DNA from: Phycisphaerae bacterium SM23_30
GTDB lineage: Bacteria > Planctomycetota > Phycisphaerae > Sedimentisphaerales > SM23-30
DNA: 44,505 bases
Assembly: GCA_001303695.1 (NCBI GenBank)
Contig: LJUC01000030.1
Span: forward strand, 1-44,505
Direction: 5' to 3'
The position numbers and the translations under genes were made by a program. This document shows positions 1-9,915 of the stretch, piece by piece. Position 1 is the stretch's first letter, and each line of letters starts with the position of its first letter. The notes below the pieces were generated by a model. That model was not told the origin of the DNA, ran no database searches, and saw only the letters and a program-made list of their open reading frames with translations.

Positions 1-5
1 ATAAA

Positions 6-389
6 TTACACACGTCTTCTTTTTTTGGGACGACAACCGTTATGGGGCAAGGGGGTGACATCCTCGATGGAAGCAATTCTCATACCGGCGCTCTGGAGGG
101 CGGTGATGGCCGACTCCCGACCGGAGCCAGCGCCCTTTACGCGGACCTCAAGCTCGACGACGCCGAATTTCCTGGCGGTGTTGGCGCATTTTTCCGCGGC
201 CCGCTGAGCGGCGAAGGGGGTGCTTTTACGGGAGCCTTTAAAGCCCAGGGTGCCGGCCGAATCCCAACACAAGGTTTCGCCATTCACGTCGGTGATGGTA
301 ATCAAGGTGTTGTTAAAGGAGGCCTTGATGTGGGCGACGGCCTTGCCGATGTTGCGTCTTACTTTTCTTTTTCCCGATTTTTTTGCCAT
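6..389 (-). CDS. rpsK: 30S ribosomal protein S11
   Basis: [19 protein letters not shown] and [12 protein letters not shown] motifs; follows rpsM. Confidence 0.98.
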   Translation of the reverse strand: MAKKSGKRKVRRNIGKAVAHIKASFNNTLITITDVNGETLCWDSAGTLGFKGSRKSTPFAAQRAAEKCANTARKFGVVELEVRVKGAGSGRESAITALQSAGMRIASIEDVTPLPHNGCRPKKRRRV

Positions 390-432
390 ATATATATACT
401 CCTCATGGAGGGATATTCATCTAATCACCATA

Positions 433-819
433 CTATGATCTCATTTCCTTGACGCCCTTCTTACCGGCGACGGTCTTCCGCGGGCCTTTACGGGTGCGGG
501 CATTGGTGCGGGTGCGCTGGCCGCGGACAGGCAGGCCGCGCCGGTGGCGGAGGCCTCGATAGGCGGCGATGTCCCGCAAACGAGCGATGTCCTGACTGAC
601 CTGGCGTCGTAACTGTCCTTCAATAACGTAGTTACGATCGATAACGCCGCTGATGCGACTGAGCTCATCCTCGTTGAGTTCCTTGGCGCGAATAGTATCA
701 GAAATCTGGGCTTCCTTAAGAATCTCGCGGGCCAAATGGGGGCCGATGCCATGAATATAAGTCAAGGCGATCCAAACCGGCTTTTCACTAGGTACATCAA
801 TACCAGCAATACGGGGCAT
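433..819 (-). CDS. rpsM: 30S ribosomal protein S13
   Basis: [10 protein letters not shown]...[26 protein letters not shown]. Confidence 0.98.
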   Translation of the reverse strand: MPRIAGIDVPSEKPVWIALTYIHGIGPHLAREILKEAQISDTIRAKELNEDELSRISGVIDRNYVIEGQLRRQVSQDIARLRDIAAYRGLRHRRGLPVRGQRTRTNARTRKGPRKTVAGKKGVKEMRS

Positions 820-831
820 ACCAATACCTCA

Positions 832-951
832 CTACTTACCCTGCCGCTGCTTGTGTCGGGGATTGGCCTTACAAATGACCCTGACTACGCCGCGGCGTTT
901 GACAATTTTGCAGCTTTCACAAATCCTTTTAACTGAACTACGTACTTTCAT
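832..951 (-). CDS. rpmJ: 50S ribosomal protein L36 (not in ORF track)
   Basis: Hand translation [39 protein letters not shown]; CxxC..C..H zinc ribbon; lies between infA and rpsM. Confidence 0.96.
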   Translation of the reverse strand: MKVRSSVKRICESCKIVKRRGVVRVICKANPRHKQRQGK

Positions 952-974
952 GGTTACACCTATTAAACCGGCAA

Positions 975-1190
975 CTATTTCCGCAGGATGATACGTCCTC
1001 TGGAGAGGTCATAAGGGCTGACCTCCACGGTCACGGTGTCGCCGGGTAATATTCTAATAAAATGCATACGCATTTTTCCGGAGACGTGGGCGAGGATTTC
1101 ATGGCCGTTTTCCAAAGCCACCTTGAAAACGGCATTGGGTAGAGCTTCCAATACGGTAGCATCAACCTTAATGGCTTCATTTTTGGCCAT
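975..1190 (-). CDS. infA: translation initiation factor IF-1
   Basis: [16 protein letters not shown]...[15 protein letters not shown]; start reassigned to the ATG of MAKNEAI at 1190. Confidence 0.96.
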   Translation of the reverse strand: MAKNEAIKVDATVLEALPNAVFKVALENGHEILAHVSGKMRMHFIRILPGDTVTVEVSPYDLSRGRIILRK

Positions 1191-1264
1191 ATTCGATTCC
1201 CATTTCAGCCAAGCGATACGATCTTGACTCCGGGGGCTCAAGACCCACACATAAATACCTTTAG

Positions 1265-1290
1265 ACGCTCAAAAATCCCTTTCTGAGCGT
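1265..1290. repeat. short inverted repeat ACGCTCA...TGAGCGT
   Basis: 7-bp perfect arms in the map-infA gap; no clear U-tract. Confidence 0.4.
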
Positions 1291-1317
1291 ATGGATTCCC
1301 GCTTTCACGGGAATGAC
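1291..1317. repeat. REP-like palindrome of ATTCCC-N8-GGGAAT (dRS3-like) type
   Basis: ATTCCC 1295-1300, N8, GGGAAT 1309-1314, then GAC; degenerate relative at 40562-40581. Confidence 0.6.
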
Positions 1318-1357
1318 ATCTCTTTACAACCTGCGGTTCAGGTTATGCTTACGCAAC

Positions 1358-2143
1358 TCAGTTCCGAGCGGTCTCGGTGAGGACCTCGGCGCCATTTTGA
1401 GTAATCGCCAAGGTATGCTCAAAATGAGCCGCGGGTTTTCCATCAGCGGTAATTACCGTCCAGCCGTCGGGCCTTACCTTAACCTTATAACTACCCATGG
1501 CAACCATGGGCTCCACCGCCAGGATCATGCCTTTCCGCAGGAGGATATCATTTTGCAGCAGTTCCTGACTGACGAAATTGGGCAGTTTCGGGTCCTCGTG
1601 CATTTTTCTGCCGATGCCATGGCCGACATAATCCCTGATGACGCCAAAGCCGGCCTGCTCCGCATGATGCTGCATGCGGCGAGCAATTTCACTCCACCAG
1701 CAACCCGGTTGAGCCTGGTCAACAGCGATATCAAGCAACTCGCGGGTGACATGGACCAAACGCTGCACCTGTGGGGTCGGCTGGCCTATCATAATCGTGA
1801 CGGCGGCATCACCGCAATAACCATTTAATTTTACGCCGCAGTCGATACTAATGATGTCACCGAAGTTCAATTTTCGAGGTCCGGGGATACCATGAACCAC
1901 CTGCTCATTTATGCTGGCACAAATACTGGCCGGGAAGGCGGTCTTGGCCGTGGGATTTTTAACGCCTTTAAATAAAGCTACGGAGCCGGTTTCGGCGATA
2001 ACGGCGTCGGCGATCTCGGCCAAATGGGCGGTGGTGACGCCCGCCTCGGCGACTTCCTGCAAATTTTTCAATATTCGAGCGACAATTCCTCCTGCATTAC
2101 GGATTCTTTCAATTTCACGTTCGGTGCGTATGGCGACGGCCAT
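1358..2143 (-). CDS. map: type I methionine aminopeptidase
   Basis: SINEQVVHGIP, DCG, GDAA, GHGIG..MHEDP, AVEPM and AHFEHT motifs; start at MAVAIR (2143); the in-frame sequence upstream is an adk remnant. Confidence 0.95.
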   Translation of the reverse strand: MAVAIRTEREIERIRNAGGIVARILKNLQEVAEAGVTTAHLAEIADAVIAETGSVALFKGVKNPTAKTAFPASICASINEQVVHGIPGPRKLNFGDIISIDCGVKLNGYCGDAAVTIMIGQPTPQVQRLVHVTRELLDIAVDQAQPGCWWSEIARRMQHHAEQAGFGVIRDYVGHGIGRKMHEDPKLPNFVSQELLQNDILLRKGMILAVEPMVAMGSYKVKVRPDGWTVITADGKPAAHFEHTLAITQNGAEVLTETARN

Positions 2144-2658
2144 AATTTTGGTTCTCACATTATCATTGACCGCCTGCAGGCCGTCGATCACCTGAAACAT
2201 ATCGGCGGTCAATTGTTCAATTTCTATATCACCGTTGAGAATATCAAGAAGACCTCATTCGTAATAATATGCCACCAAAGGGGCGGTTCGCTCATAATAA
2301 GTCCTTATTCGTTTGGGGACGATCTCCGGAATATCATCAGGGCGCTGGATGAGGATTTGACCATCCGCGTCGCAGAGCTCCTGCTTTTTGGGGGATTGAA
2401 GGTAATATGATAAACGGCGCCGCACTGCGGACAACTGCGGCGACCGGTTATTCGATCCAGGGTCATCATGAGTTCGTCACACACCAATTGACCGTTGTCC
2501 ATATAGGTTTGAGCTTTTTTGCCCCCCTCGGTGCCGTTTTTGATTTCCCGGCGTAAGCTATCGCCACTGGAAATATGCTGAAACTGATAACGATCAGCTA
2601 ACAATTTACCTTGCGTGCCTTTATCAGCGCCGGGCGGACCAAGAAAAACAATGATCAT
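2144..2658 (-). pseudogene. adk: adenylate kinase pseudogene
   Basis: P-loop GPPGADKGT (G>D); central DGFPR segment absent; frameshift at A5 run 2385-2389; shifted frame reads LCDADGQILIQRPDD..RIRTYYERTAPLVAYY with in-frame TGA at 2255-2257; canonical secY-adk-map position. Confidence 0.85.
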
Positions 2659-4000
2659 GCGTAGGCCCCCTTAATTCGACCGCCTTCCATGAAGCCGGCA
2701 TAGTTTCGCATAATCAGGTTGGTCTCAATTCTCTGGACCAGGTCCAAAGAGACGGAGACCACGATCAATAAACCGGTACCGCCCAGAAAAGTCGAGACGG
2801 TCCAGGGCACCTGCAGCCAAAGGAAGACGACGGTGGGGACCACGGCGATGATGGAGAGAAACCCGGCGCCGACATAGGTGATGCGCGCCATGACTCTTTC
2901 AAGATATTCGGCGGTACGTCTTCCGGGCCTGAGGCCGGGGATAAAGCTGCCGTAGTCCCGGAGGTTGTTGGCCATTTCCTTGGGCTGAAACTGGACGGTG
3001 GTCCAGAAATAAGCAAAGAAGTAAATCATGGCAATGTATAAAAGATTATAAATAAAAGATTCATATTGAAAGGCGTCATTGATTTCAGCGACGACCCGAG
3101 ACTGAGTAAAACTGAAGAGTTGGCCAAAGACCAGCGCCGGAAAGAGCATGATGGTAGAGGCGAAGATAATAGGCATGACGCCGCCATGATTAACCCGCAG
3201 GGGCAGGTACTGTCGCTGGCCGCCATAGACGCGTCTGCCGCGCATCATTTTGGCCTGCTGAATAGGGATACGCCTTTGGGCCTGGGTGATAAAGATGGCG
3301 CCGGCAATGACCCCGATAAAAGCCAGGAAGAGAAAGATAAGCTTGGAGGGTCCGATGGCATTGGCGGGAGCATTAATCGTGAAATCAGCCTGTTTGACGA
3401 CCATGTAAATTGCGGAGGGCATACGGGCGAGCTGATGCCGTTGCCGATACCGTACTCATCAATTTGCTCGCCCAACCACATGAGAAAGATGGTGCCGGCC
3501 GTCATGGCCACGATCCCCATAAAGAAAAACATAAACCAATGGTTTTGTTCGATGTCGGGGTAAACAAAGTTGTTTTTACGCATATAAGACAGCCAAAAGG
3601 CGGCCTGGATCAAACAGATGCCCACGGTGGCATAGCGGGTATATTCCTGGATTTTTTTTCTACCGGTTTCGCCTTCCTTATGGAGTTTTTCCAGGAAAGG
3701 GACCACGGTGACCATTAATTGGAAAATAATGGAAGCGGAGATATAGGGCATAATCCCCAGTCCAAACAAGCTGCTCTGGCGGAGGCTGCCGCCGGTGAAT
3801 AACTGGAGATAGTCGGCGACTTTGCCGAAAGGCGAGGTGCTCTCACCCTGCTGCTGAGTTACGCGGCGGAGCTCATCCTGGTTGATGCCGGGCACGGGCA
3901 CATGAAAACCGATGCGGTAGATACAGAGCATGGCGACGGTAAATAAGATCTTCCTGCGGAGCTCCGGGATTTTGAATATGTTAAAAATGGTATTAAACAT
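2655..4000 (-). CDS. secY: preprotein translocase SecY, split into two ORFs (3245-4000 and 2655-3422) by a frameshifting deletion at 3430/3431
   Basis: N-half has LGIMPYISASII and WLGEQIDEYGIGNGIS; C-half has LPLRVNHGGVMPIIFA, FIPGLRPG and GGTGLLIVV; the hydrophobic core of TM5 is missing. Confidence 0.93.
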
Positions 4001-4024
4001 AACGATTTCAAGGTTGATCAGGGA

Positions 4025-4480
4025 TTATTTTTTCTCCTCGGCCAATTCGGCGGCGCCGCCGGCGCTGGTGATTTTCTGGTGGGCGGAGCGGCTGAACTTG
4101 TGGGCCACGACCGTCAAGCGGCGATTGAGCTCACCGTCACCCAGAATTTTCACTCTCAGGTCAGCGTTGCGGATGAGTCCGGCCTGCAACAAGAGGAGCG
4201 GATCGACGCGGGAGCCTTCCTCAAATTTCGCTAACTGGGAGACGTTGACAATAGAATAACGGCAGGCAAAATTAGCGTTGTTGAATCCGCGTTTGGGCAG
4301 ACGCCGGAACAGGGGCATCTGACCGCCTTCTTTGGTGAAGGGCGGACGAGAACCGGCTCGGGACATTTGTCCTTTATGGCCGCGGCCGCAGGTTTTGCCC
4401 AGACCGCTGCCGGGGCCTCGTCCCAGACGTTTGCGGCGTTTATGTCTGCCGGCCAAAGCCGTAATCTGATGTATCATCAT
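4025..4480 (-). CDS. rplO: 50S ribosomal protein L15
   Basis: GRGPGSGLGKTCGRGHKGQ and EGGQMPLFRRLPKRGF. Confidence 0.98.
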   Translation of the reverse strand: MMIHQITALAGRHKRRKRLGRGPGSGLGKTCGRGHKGQMSRAGSRPPFTKEGGQMPLFRRLPKRGFNNANFACRYSIVNVSQLAKFEEGSRVDPLLLLQAGLIRNADLRVKILGDGELNRRLTVVAHKFSRSAHQKITSAGGAAELAEEKK

Positions 4481-4492
4481 ATCAATTAATCC

Positions 4493-5008
4493 TTATACGT
4501 TTATGCTCAAACCGCGTAATTTTTCGACCTGCTCTTTACTACATAAAGACGTAAGAGCTTTCATGGTGGCCTTGACGACGTTTTTTGCGGAGGTGCTGCC
4601 AAAAACCTTGGTCAGAACGTCATGCACGCCGGCTAATTCCAAAACGGCCCGAGCGGCAGAACCGGCGATGACGCCCGTGCCTTCGCTGGCGGGGACTAAA
4701 ACCACCTTGGTAGCGCCGAATCTGCCGGCGACCTGATGAGGAATGGTGGTGCCTAACAGGTTAATGGGGACGACATTTTTACGGGCCTCCTTGATGGCTT
4801 TTTCCACCGCGGGGGGCACCTCGTTGGCCTTGCCATAGCCCAAGCCGACCGAACCATTGCGATCGCCGACCACCACCAAAGCAGCAAAGCTGAAACGCCG
4901 ACCGCCTTTAACAACGGTGGAACAGCGATATACTTTCACCACCTGCTCCTCGTAAGGACTTTCCTCCTGAAACGCTTGCTTTTGTCTTTGTGGTCCTAAT
5001 TGAGCCAC
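4493..5008 (-). CDS. rpsE: 30S ribosomal protein S5
   Basis: [18 protein letters not shown] and [11 protein letters not shown]; GTG start. Confidence 0.98.
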   Translation of the reverse strand: MAQLGPQRQKQAFQEESPYEEQVVKVYRCSTVVKGGRRFSFAALVVVGDRNGSVGLGYGKANEVPPAVEKAIKEARKNVVPINLLGTTIPHQVAGRFGATKVVLVPASEGTGVIAGSAARAVLELAGVHDVLTKVFGSTSAKNVVKATMKALTSLCSKEQVEKLRGLSINV

Positions 5009-5054
5009 TTTTCACTCCCAGAGGCCGTCGGTTACCCGACAGCTAGCATTTAAA

Positions 5055-5423
5055 TTAAAATATAAGTCCGGTTTTGCGGGCGGCTTCAGCTAAAGCCCGG
5101 ATCCGACCGTGATACTTATAGCCGTTACGATCAAAGCACACCCGTCTAATGCCCAGGGCCAAGGCCTTGCGAGCCAGGTCTTCACCCACCAGAGCCGCGG
5201 CCTTAACATTTCCGCCCGACTCGCCCCGGTCGGCAAAGTCCTTGTTAAGGGTGCAGGCGGAAATGACCGTAATCCCATTGTCGTCGTCAATGATCTGGGC
5301 ATAAATATGACGCAGGGAACGGAACACCGACAACCGAGGCCGATCGGAACCGCCAAAAACTTTTTTGCGCACCCGTCGTTTGCGTTTGACTCTTTTATTA
5401 TTTTCAAATTTCTGCTTGTTCAT
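5055..5423 (-). CDS. rplR: 50S ribosomal protein L18
   Basis: RPRLSVFRS..HIYAQIIDD and FDRNGYKYHGR. Confidence 0.98.
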   Translation of the reverse strand: MNKQKFENNKRVKRKRRVRKKVFGGSDRPRLSVFRSLRHIYAQIIDDDNGITVISACTLNKDFADRGESGGNVKAAALVGEDLARKALALGIRRVCFDRNGYKYHGRIRALAEAARKTGLIF

Positions 5424-5477
5424 GGCTAAAACATCTCACCGAGACGCGCCGTGCTCGATGAGCTTACCTGTTAAATA

Positions 5478-6053
5478 TTAAGTTCCACTGGCAAAGGCCT
5501 TGCCTGCCTTGTGTTTTACGTGTTCATTAGCGTAGCGAATACCCTTTCCAAGGTAAGGCTCCGGGGGACGCAGGCTCCGAACGGCGGCGGCGAACTGACC
5601 GACCCGGCATTTATCGGCGCCGACGACACTAAACTCGGCGGGCACGTCGTTACCCCGGGTAGCGGGCGTTTTGATGTCCACCTTTATGCCTTCGGGCAGC
5701 GGTAGTGATATGGGCCTGGCGAAACCCACCGAGACCATGAAATTATTGCCCTGCAGTTTGACATTATAACCGGTGCCGTAGATTTGCAGGTCTTTTTTAA
5801 AGCCCTGAGTGACCCCGTGTATCATATTGGCGATCAGGGCCCGGGTAGTGCCGTGAAGGGCGCGATGTAAGCGCGTCTCGCCCCGGCGGGCAACCTTAAT
5901 CTGAGCGGCCTTTTGATCATATTCGACCTTAACTTCCGGTCGAAGATCCACAGACAGGGCGGCGGCCGAGCTGCTGACTTTCAAATGAGCGCCGTCCAAT
6001 TCGACTTTAACGCCCTGGGGGACGGACACCGGTTTTTTTCCAATACGACTCAT
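5478..6053 (-). CDS. rplF: 50S ribosomal protein L6
   Basis: MSRIGKKP, HGTTRALIANM and RPPEPYLGKGIRY. Confidence 0.98.
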   Translation of the reverse strand: MSRIGKKPVSVPQGVKVELDGAHLKVSSSAAALSVDLRPEVKVEYDQKAAQIKVARRGETRLHRALHGTTRALIANMIHGVTQGFKKDLQIYGTGYNVKLQGNNFMVSVGFARPISLPLPEGIKVDIKTPATRGNDVPAEFSVVGADKCRVGQFAAAVRSLRPPEPYLGKGIRYANEHVKHKAGKAFASGT

Positions 6054-6108
6054 ATATTCATCCGTATCCGATTATTAGTATTCCATAACCAGGCGCCCAC
6101 CGAATGCC

Positions 6109-6507
6109 TCAGCAAACGGTGCACAATAATTCACCTCCGACGTTTTGCAGGCGACATTGTTGATCGGAAAGTACGCCTTTATTGGTGCTGATGATGCTGA
6201 CACCCAACCCGCCCATGACCGGCGGCAGGTCTTTGACGGTACAATAAACCCTGCGGGCCGGTTTGCTACAGCGCTTAATCTCATGTATGACCTTTTCTCC
6301 CAAGGGTCCATAACGGAGTTTAAGGCGAAGAAGGTCCTGGCCGCAGGCGGTGGGAATACGATCATAATCTTCGATATACCCCTGCTCGCGGAGCACCCGG
6401 GCGACACCTTCACAGACCTTCGAGGCCTGGACATTAACCTCGGGCTTTTCCATATGAACCGCATTACGAATGCGGGTGAGCATATCAGCAATCGGGTCAG
6501 CGTGCAT
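6109..6507 (-). CDS. rpsH: 30S ribosomal protein S8
   Basis: DPIADMLTRIRNA, GLGVSIISTNKGV and GGELLC. Confidence 0.98.
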   Translation of the reverse strand: MHADPIADMLTRIRNAVHMEKPEVNVQASKVCEGVARVLREQGYIEDYDRIPTACGQDLLRLKLRYGPLGEKVIHEIKRCSKPARRVYCTVKDLPPVMGGLGVSIISTNKGVLSDQQCRLQNVGGELLCTVC

Positions 6508-6537
6508 AATTACTTAACTCCCTGGCGTGGGGCGAAA

Positions 6538-6723
6538 TCACCAACTGGCCTTTCGAACCCCGGGGATTTTACCTTCATTAGCCAACACTCTAAAACATAT
6601 CCGGCAAATTTTAAATTTTCGATACACGGCGCGAGGCCGCCCGCACAGAAGACAGCGGGTATAATGGCGCACCTTAAATTTTGGTGCTCGTTGCGCTTTA
6701 ATTATCAAGGCCTTAGTTGCCAT
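6538..6723 (-). CDS. rpsN: 30S ribosomal protein S14, short zinc-binding (type Z) form
   Basis: 61 aa; RCLLCGR...CRICFR and IPGVRKASW. Confidence 0.97.
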   Translation of the reverse strand: MATKALIIKAQRAPKFKVRHYTRCLLCGRPRAVYRKFKICRICFRVLANEGKIPGVRKASW

Positions 6724-6831
6724 GTGCTCCTCTTTTAAGCAATTAATTTTTTCACTTTTTTCTTTCGCACAGGTCTCAAGGTTGTTTCCGGTGCCCCAGG
6801 CCGGGAAAGCACAAAGTACTCCCAGCCGAGG

Positions 6832-7380
6832 CTAACTGTCGCGTAACGGCATTCCGAACAGTTTAAGCATCCGCCGGCCTTCGTCATCGGTTTTGGCGCT
6901 AGTGACCAGCGCGACATTCATCCCCTGGGTGGCCTCACACTGGTCGGGATTGATCTCCGGAAAAACCATCTGTTCGGTGAAACCCAGGTTATAATTTCCA
7001 TGCCCGTCGAAAGCGGAAGGGCTGAGCCCTCGGAAATCCCGAACACGGGGGATGGCCAAACTGATCATACGATCCAGGAATTCATACATCCGCCGGCCTC
7101 TCAGGGTAACCTTAAGACCAATATCCATGCCCTGACGAAGCTTGAAATTGGAGACGCTTTTTTTGGCCTTACAAATCAAAGGTTTCTGGCCCGTGATCTG
7201 GGCCAGATCGCGGGCGGCCCCTTCGATCAATTTTTTTTCGCGGGCGGCCATACCGACCCCCATCGAAACTACAATTTTCTCGATTTTGGGCACCTGCATT
7301 TTATTGGAGTACTTAAACTCGCTCATCATACCGGGAATAATTTTATCTTGATATATTTCTTCCAGCCGGGACATTTTCAT
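6832..7380 (-). CDS. rplE: 50S ribosomal protein L5
   Basis: ITGQKP, KVTLRG and PRVRDFRGL; start may be 7374. Confidence 0.98.
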   Translation of the reverse strand: MKMSRLEEIYQDKIIPGMMSEFKYSNKMQVPKIEKIVVSMGVGMAAREKKLIEGAARDLAQITGQKPLICKAKKSVSNFKLRQGMDIGLKVTLRGRRMYEFLDRMISLAIPRVRDFRGLSPSAFDGHGNYNLGFTEQMVFPEINPDQCEATQGMNVALVTSAKTDDEGRRMLKLFGMPLRDS

Positions 7381-7386
7381 CTGCCT

Positions 7387-7722
7387 TTACTTCGATGCAT
7401 GTCTGATAACATCGAGAGGCGTGCCATCAAGGGCGACGCGCTTTTTTTCTCCATTTTCATCGGTAATAAAACGTACGCGGGTGGCTCGATCGGTCTTGGG
7501 ATTAACCGGCAGCACGTTGCTGATGTCAAGGGGTTGTTCGACCTGCAGGCGGCCGCCCTGGGGATTGCGCCGGGAAGGCCGGACATGCCGATAGGCACGG
7601 TTGCGGCCTTCAACAACGACTTTGCGGTTAACAGGGTCCACGCGGAGGACTTTGCCGCGCTCGCCCTTGTCGTCGCCCGCGATAATTTCGACCAAATCAC
7701 CTTTTTTTACGTGCAAGGCCAC
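7387..7722 (-). CDS. rplX: 50S ribosomal protein L24
   Basis: KKGDLVEIIAGDDKG KOW motif and PLDISNV. Confidence 0.97.
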   Translation of the reverse strand: MALHVKKGDLVEIIAGDDKGERGKVLRVDPVNRKVVVEGRNRAYRHVRPSRRNPQGGRLQVEQPLDISNVLPVNPKTDRATRVRFITDENGEKKRVALDGTPLDVIRHASK

Positions 7723-8109
7723 TTAAACCACCTCCGAAGCTAAAGAGATTATCTTCATAAAATTCTTTTCTCTCAACTCCCGGGCCACCGCTCCGAAGAT
7801 GCGGGTGCCCAGGGGATTGCCGTCGTTGTCGATCAAGACGCCGGCATTGCGGTCAAACCGGACGTAACTGCCGTCAGGCCGACGGGTGGGATAGCTGGTG
7901 CGAATAATAACCACCCGGTGCACTTTCTTATCATCCAGAGTGAGGGTGGGTAAAGCCTTCTTGATGGCGACCACCACCACGTCTCCCACCCCGGCGGTGC
8001 GACGTGTAAATTGACCGCGCCCGGTGCTGCCCCCCAGGACCTTAACGACCAGGGCGGTCTTGGCGCCGGTGTTGTCGGCAATATCAATTATGGTTTCCTG
8101 CTGGATCAT
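7723..8109 (-). CDS. rplN: 50S ribosomal protein L14
   Basis: MIQQET..ADNTGAK and [13 protein letters not shown]. Confidence 0.98.
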   Translation of the reverse strand: MIQQETIIDIADNTGAKTALVVKVLGGSTGRGQFTRRTAGVGDVVVVAIKKALPTLTLDDKKVHRVVIIRTSYPTRRPDGSYVRFDRNAGVLIDNDGNPLGTRIFGAVARELREKNFMKIISLASEVV

Positions 8110-8369
8110 TATTTCGATTCGATCACGCGTATTAAGCGCCAGTTTTTGGTTTTACTGAGCGGCCGACACTTGCAAATTTCCACCACGTCTCCCACTTTCG
8201 CCTGTTTGTCGGCATCATGCACGTGGGCGACGGTGCTGCGTTTGAGAATTTTTCCGTACTTGGGGTGCCGGGTGAGATAGTCCAGGACCACCCGAATGGT
8301 CTGGTCGCCCGATTCTCGGGAAACCACGCCTCGGTATTTAGTTAGGGGTTTTCTCGGCTTTTCGCTCAT
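8109..8369 (-). CDS. rpsQ: 30S ribosomal protein S17
   Basis: HPKYGK, GDVVEI and RPLSKTKNW. Confidence 0.97.
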   Translation of the reverse strand: MSEKPRKPLTKYRGVVSRESGDQTIRVVLDYLTRHPKYGKILKRSTVAHVHDADKQAKVGDVVEICKCRPLSKTKNWRLIRVIESK

Positions 8370-8398
8370 AACAGGCCTATCCTATGACATTTTTTTCA

Positions 8399-8629
8399 TT
8401 ATTCATGTTCATTTTGATCCTTTTTCTCGGCTTTTTGCCGAGCCAGTTGCCGTTCACGCAGAATAGTCTTTAAGCGGGCGATATCACGTTTGACCTTGGT
8501 TAACTGGGTGGGATCCTCCAGTTTTTCGGTGACGGCCTGGGTGCGGATGTCGAAGAACTTTCGTTGCAGGTTCTCCAGCTCGTCGTCCAGCTCATCGGGA
8601 TTCATTTCTCTGATTTCACTAGCTTTCAT
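8399..8629 (-). CDS. rpmC: 50S ribosomal protein L29
   Basis: MKASEIR...KRDIARLKTIL; lies between rplP and rpsQ. Confidence 0.96.
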   Translation of the reverse strand: MKASEIREMNPDELDDELENLQRKFFDIRTQAVTEKLEDPTQLTKVKRDIARLKTILRERQLARQKAEKKDQNEHE

Positions 8630-8674
8630 ATTTCACCCGCTCTCATATCATCTGGCTTCGTTTAATTATAGTTT

Positions 8675-9094
8675 CTATCCGGCGTGCCGGCGGGTTACGA
8701 AACGACACCTCACGGGCATTTTGTGCGCCACCCGCAAGAGGGCGGCGCGGGCGACGTCTTCCGGGACTCCGCCTACCTCATACAAAATGGTACCCGGTTT
8801 GACCTTGGCCTCCCAGTGATCGGGCTCGCCTTTACCTTTTCCCATACGGGTCTCCAGGGGTTTGGAACTGACCGAGCGGTGGGGAAAGATTCTAATATAA
8901 ACCTTGCCGACCCGATGCAGGAAGTGAGTAGCGGCGATCCGACCCGCCTCAATCTGCTGACCGGTGATACGGCCCGGCTCCAGCGACTGAATGCCGTACT
9001 CACCATAAGCAACGTAATTGCCCTTGGTAGCATTTCCCTTGATCCTGCCGCGCTGGTATTTGCGCCATTTTACTCTTTTGGGCATTAAGGCCAT
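8675..9094 (-). CDS. rplP: 50S ribosomal protein L16
   Basis: MPKRVKWRK, QIEAGR and RMGKGKG. Confidence 0.98.
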   Translation of the reverse strand: MALMPKRVKWRKYQRGRIKGNATKGNYVAYGEYGIQSLEPGRITGQQIEAGRIAATHFLHRVGKVYIRIFPHRSVSSKPLETRMGKGKGEPDHWEAKVKPGTILYEVGGVPEDVARAALLRVAHKMPVRCRFVTRRHAG

Positions 9095-9199
9095 AAATCA
9101 ATCCTTACGGCGTTTTTTTAAAGTTTTCATTTTTATTTTATATGCTTCTGCTGGGCAAAAGCATGTCGCCAAATTTCTTTTTTATTTCGAGTCCGCCGC

Positions 9200-9883
9200 T
9201 CACCGGCGCGACTTGCGGGACGGGGCAGGCGGTGCTTCAACCTGTTCGCCAAAGTTGCCCCGATATACCCATACTTTCACTCCGATCACGCCATAAGTGG
9301 TGCGGGAGACGGCAAAGCCGTAATCCACATCGGCCTGCAGGGTGTGCAGGGGAATACTTCCCATGGTCTGTCTTTCCGAGCGGGCGATTTCGGCGCCGGC
9401 GAGTCGGCCGCTGATGATAATCTTAACGCCTTTGGCGCCGACCGCCATAGTCTGCTCGCAGTGCTGCTTCATGGCCCGACGAAAAGCGGCGCGTCTTTTA
9501 AGCTGTTCGGAAATGGCCTCGGCGACCAACTGGGCGTTCAAGTCGGGCTGCTTGATTTCCATAATATTAATAGTCACCTTCCGGTCGATCAGGTCCTCCA
9601 GTGCTTCACGAAGTTTATCGACTTCGGCGCCTTTGGGTCCGATAACCAGACCCGGCCGGGCGGTGTGCAGGACGACGCGGACATCATCACGGGTGCGTTC
9701 GATCTCGACCTCGGCAATGGCGGCATAAGGGGGCTGGCGATTCAGGCGATTGTCGATATAACGCCGGATTTGAGCATCCTCAACCAGGAAATCTCCAAAG
9801 GCGTTTTTGGGGGCGAACCACCGACTTTTCCAGCCCAGGGTTATGCCGGTTCGAAATCCAATTGGCGAAACCTTTTGGCCCAT
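9200..9883 (-). CDS. rpsC: 30S ribosomal protein S3
   Basis: MGQKVSPIGFR, RPGLVIG KH motif and SGRLAGAEIAR. Confidence 0.98.
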   Translation of the reverse strand: MGQKVSPIGFRTGITLGWKSRWFAPKNAFGDFLVEDAQIRRYIDNRLNRQPPYAAIAEVEIERTRDDVRVVLHTARPGLVIGPKGAEVDKLREALEDLIDRKVTINIMEIKQPDLNAQLVAEAISEQLKRRAAFRRAMKQHCEQTMAVGAKGVKIIISGRLAGAEIARSERQTMGSIPLHTLQADVDYGFAVSRTTYGVIGVKVWVYRGNFGEQVEAPPAPSRKSRR

Positions 9884-9915
9884 TCTATTTCCTCAAATTT
9901 TCGTCCAGGAGGGCA

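Noticed and set aside
2144-2212. N-terminal extension of Map in the ORF track
   Set aside because: It is the C-terminal helix of the adk remnant; Map homology starts at 2143
2255-2257. In-frame TGA in adk as selenocysteine or recoded Trp/Gly
   Set aside because: The gene has other disabling lesions; TGA is a normal stop in many genes here; tRNA-Trp has a CCA anticodon
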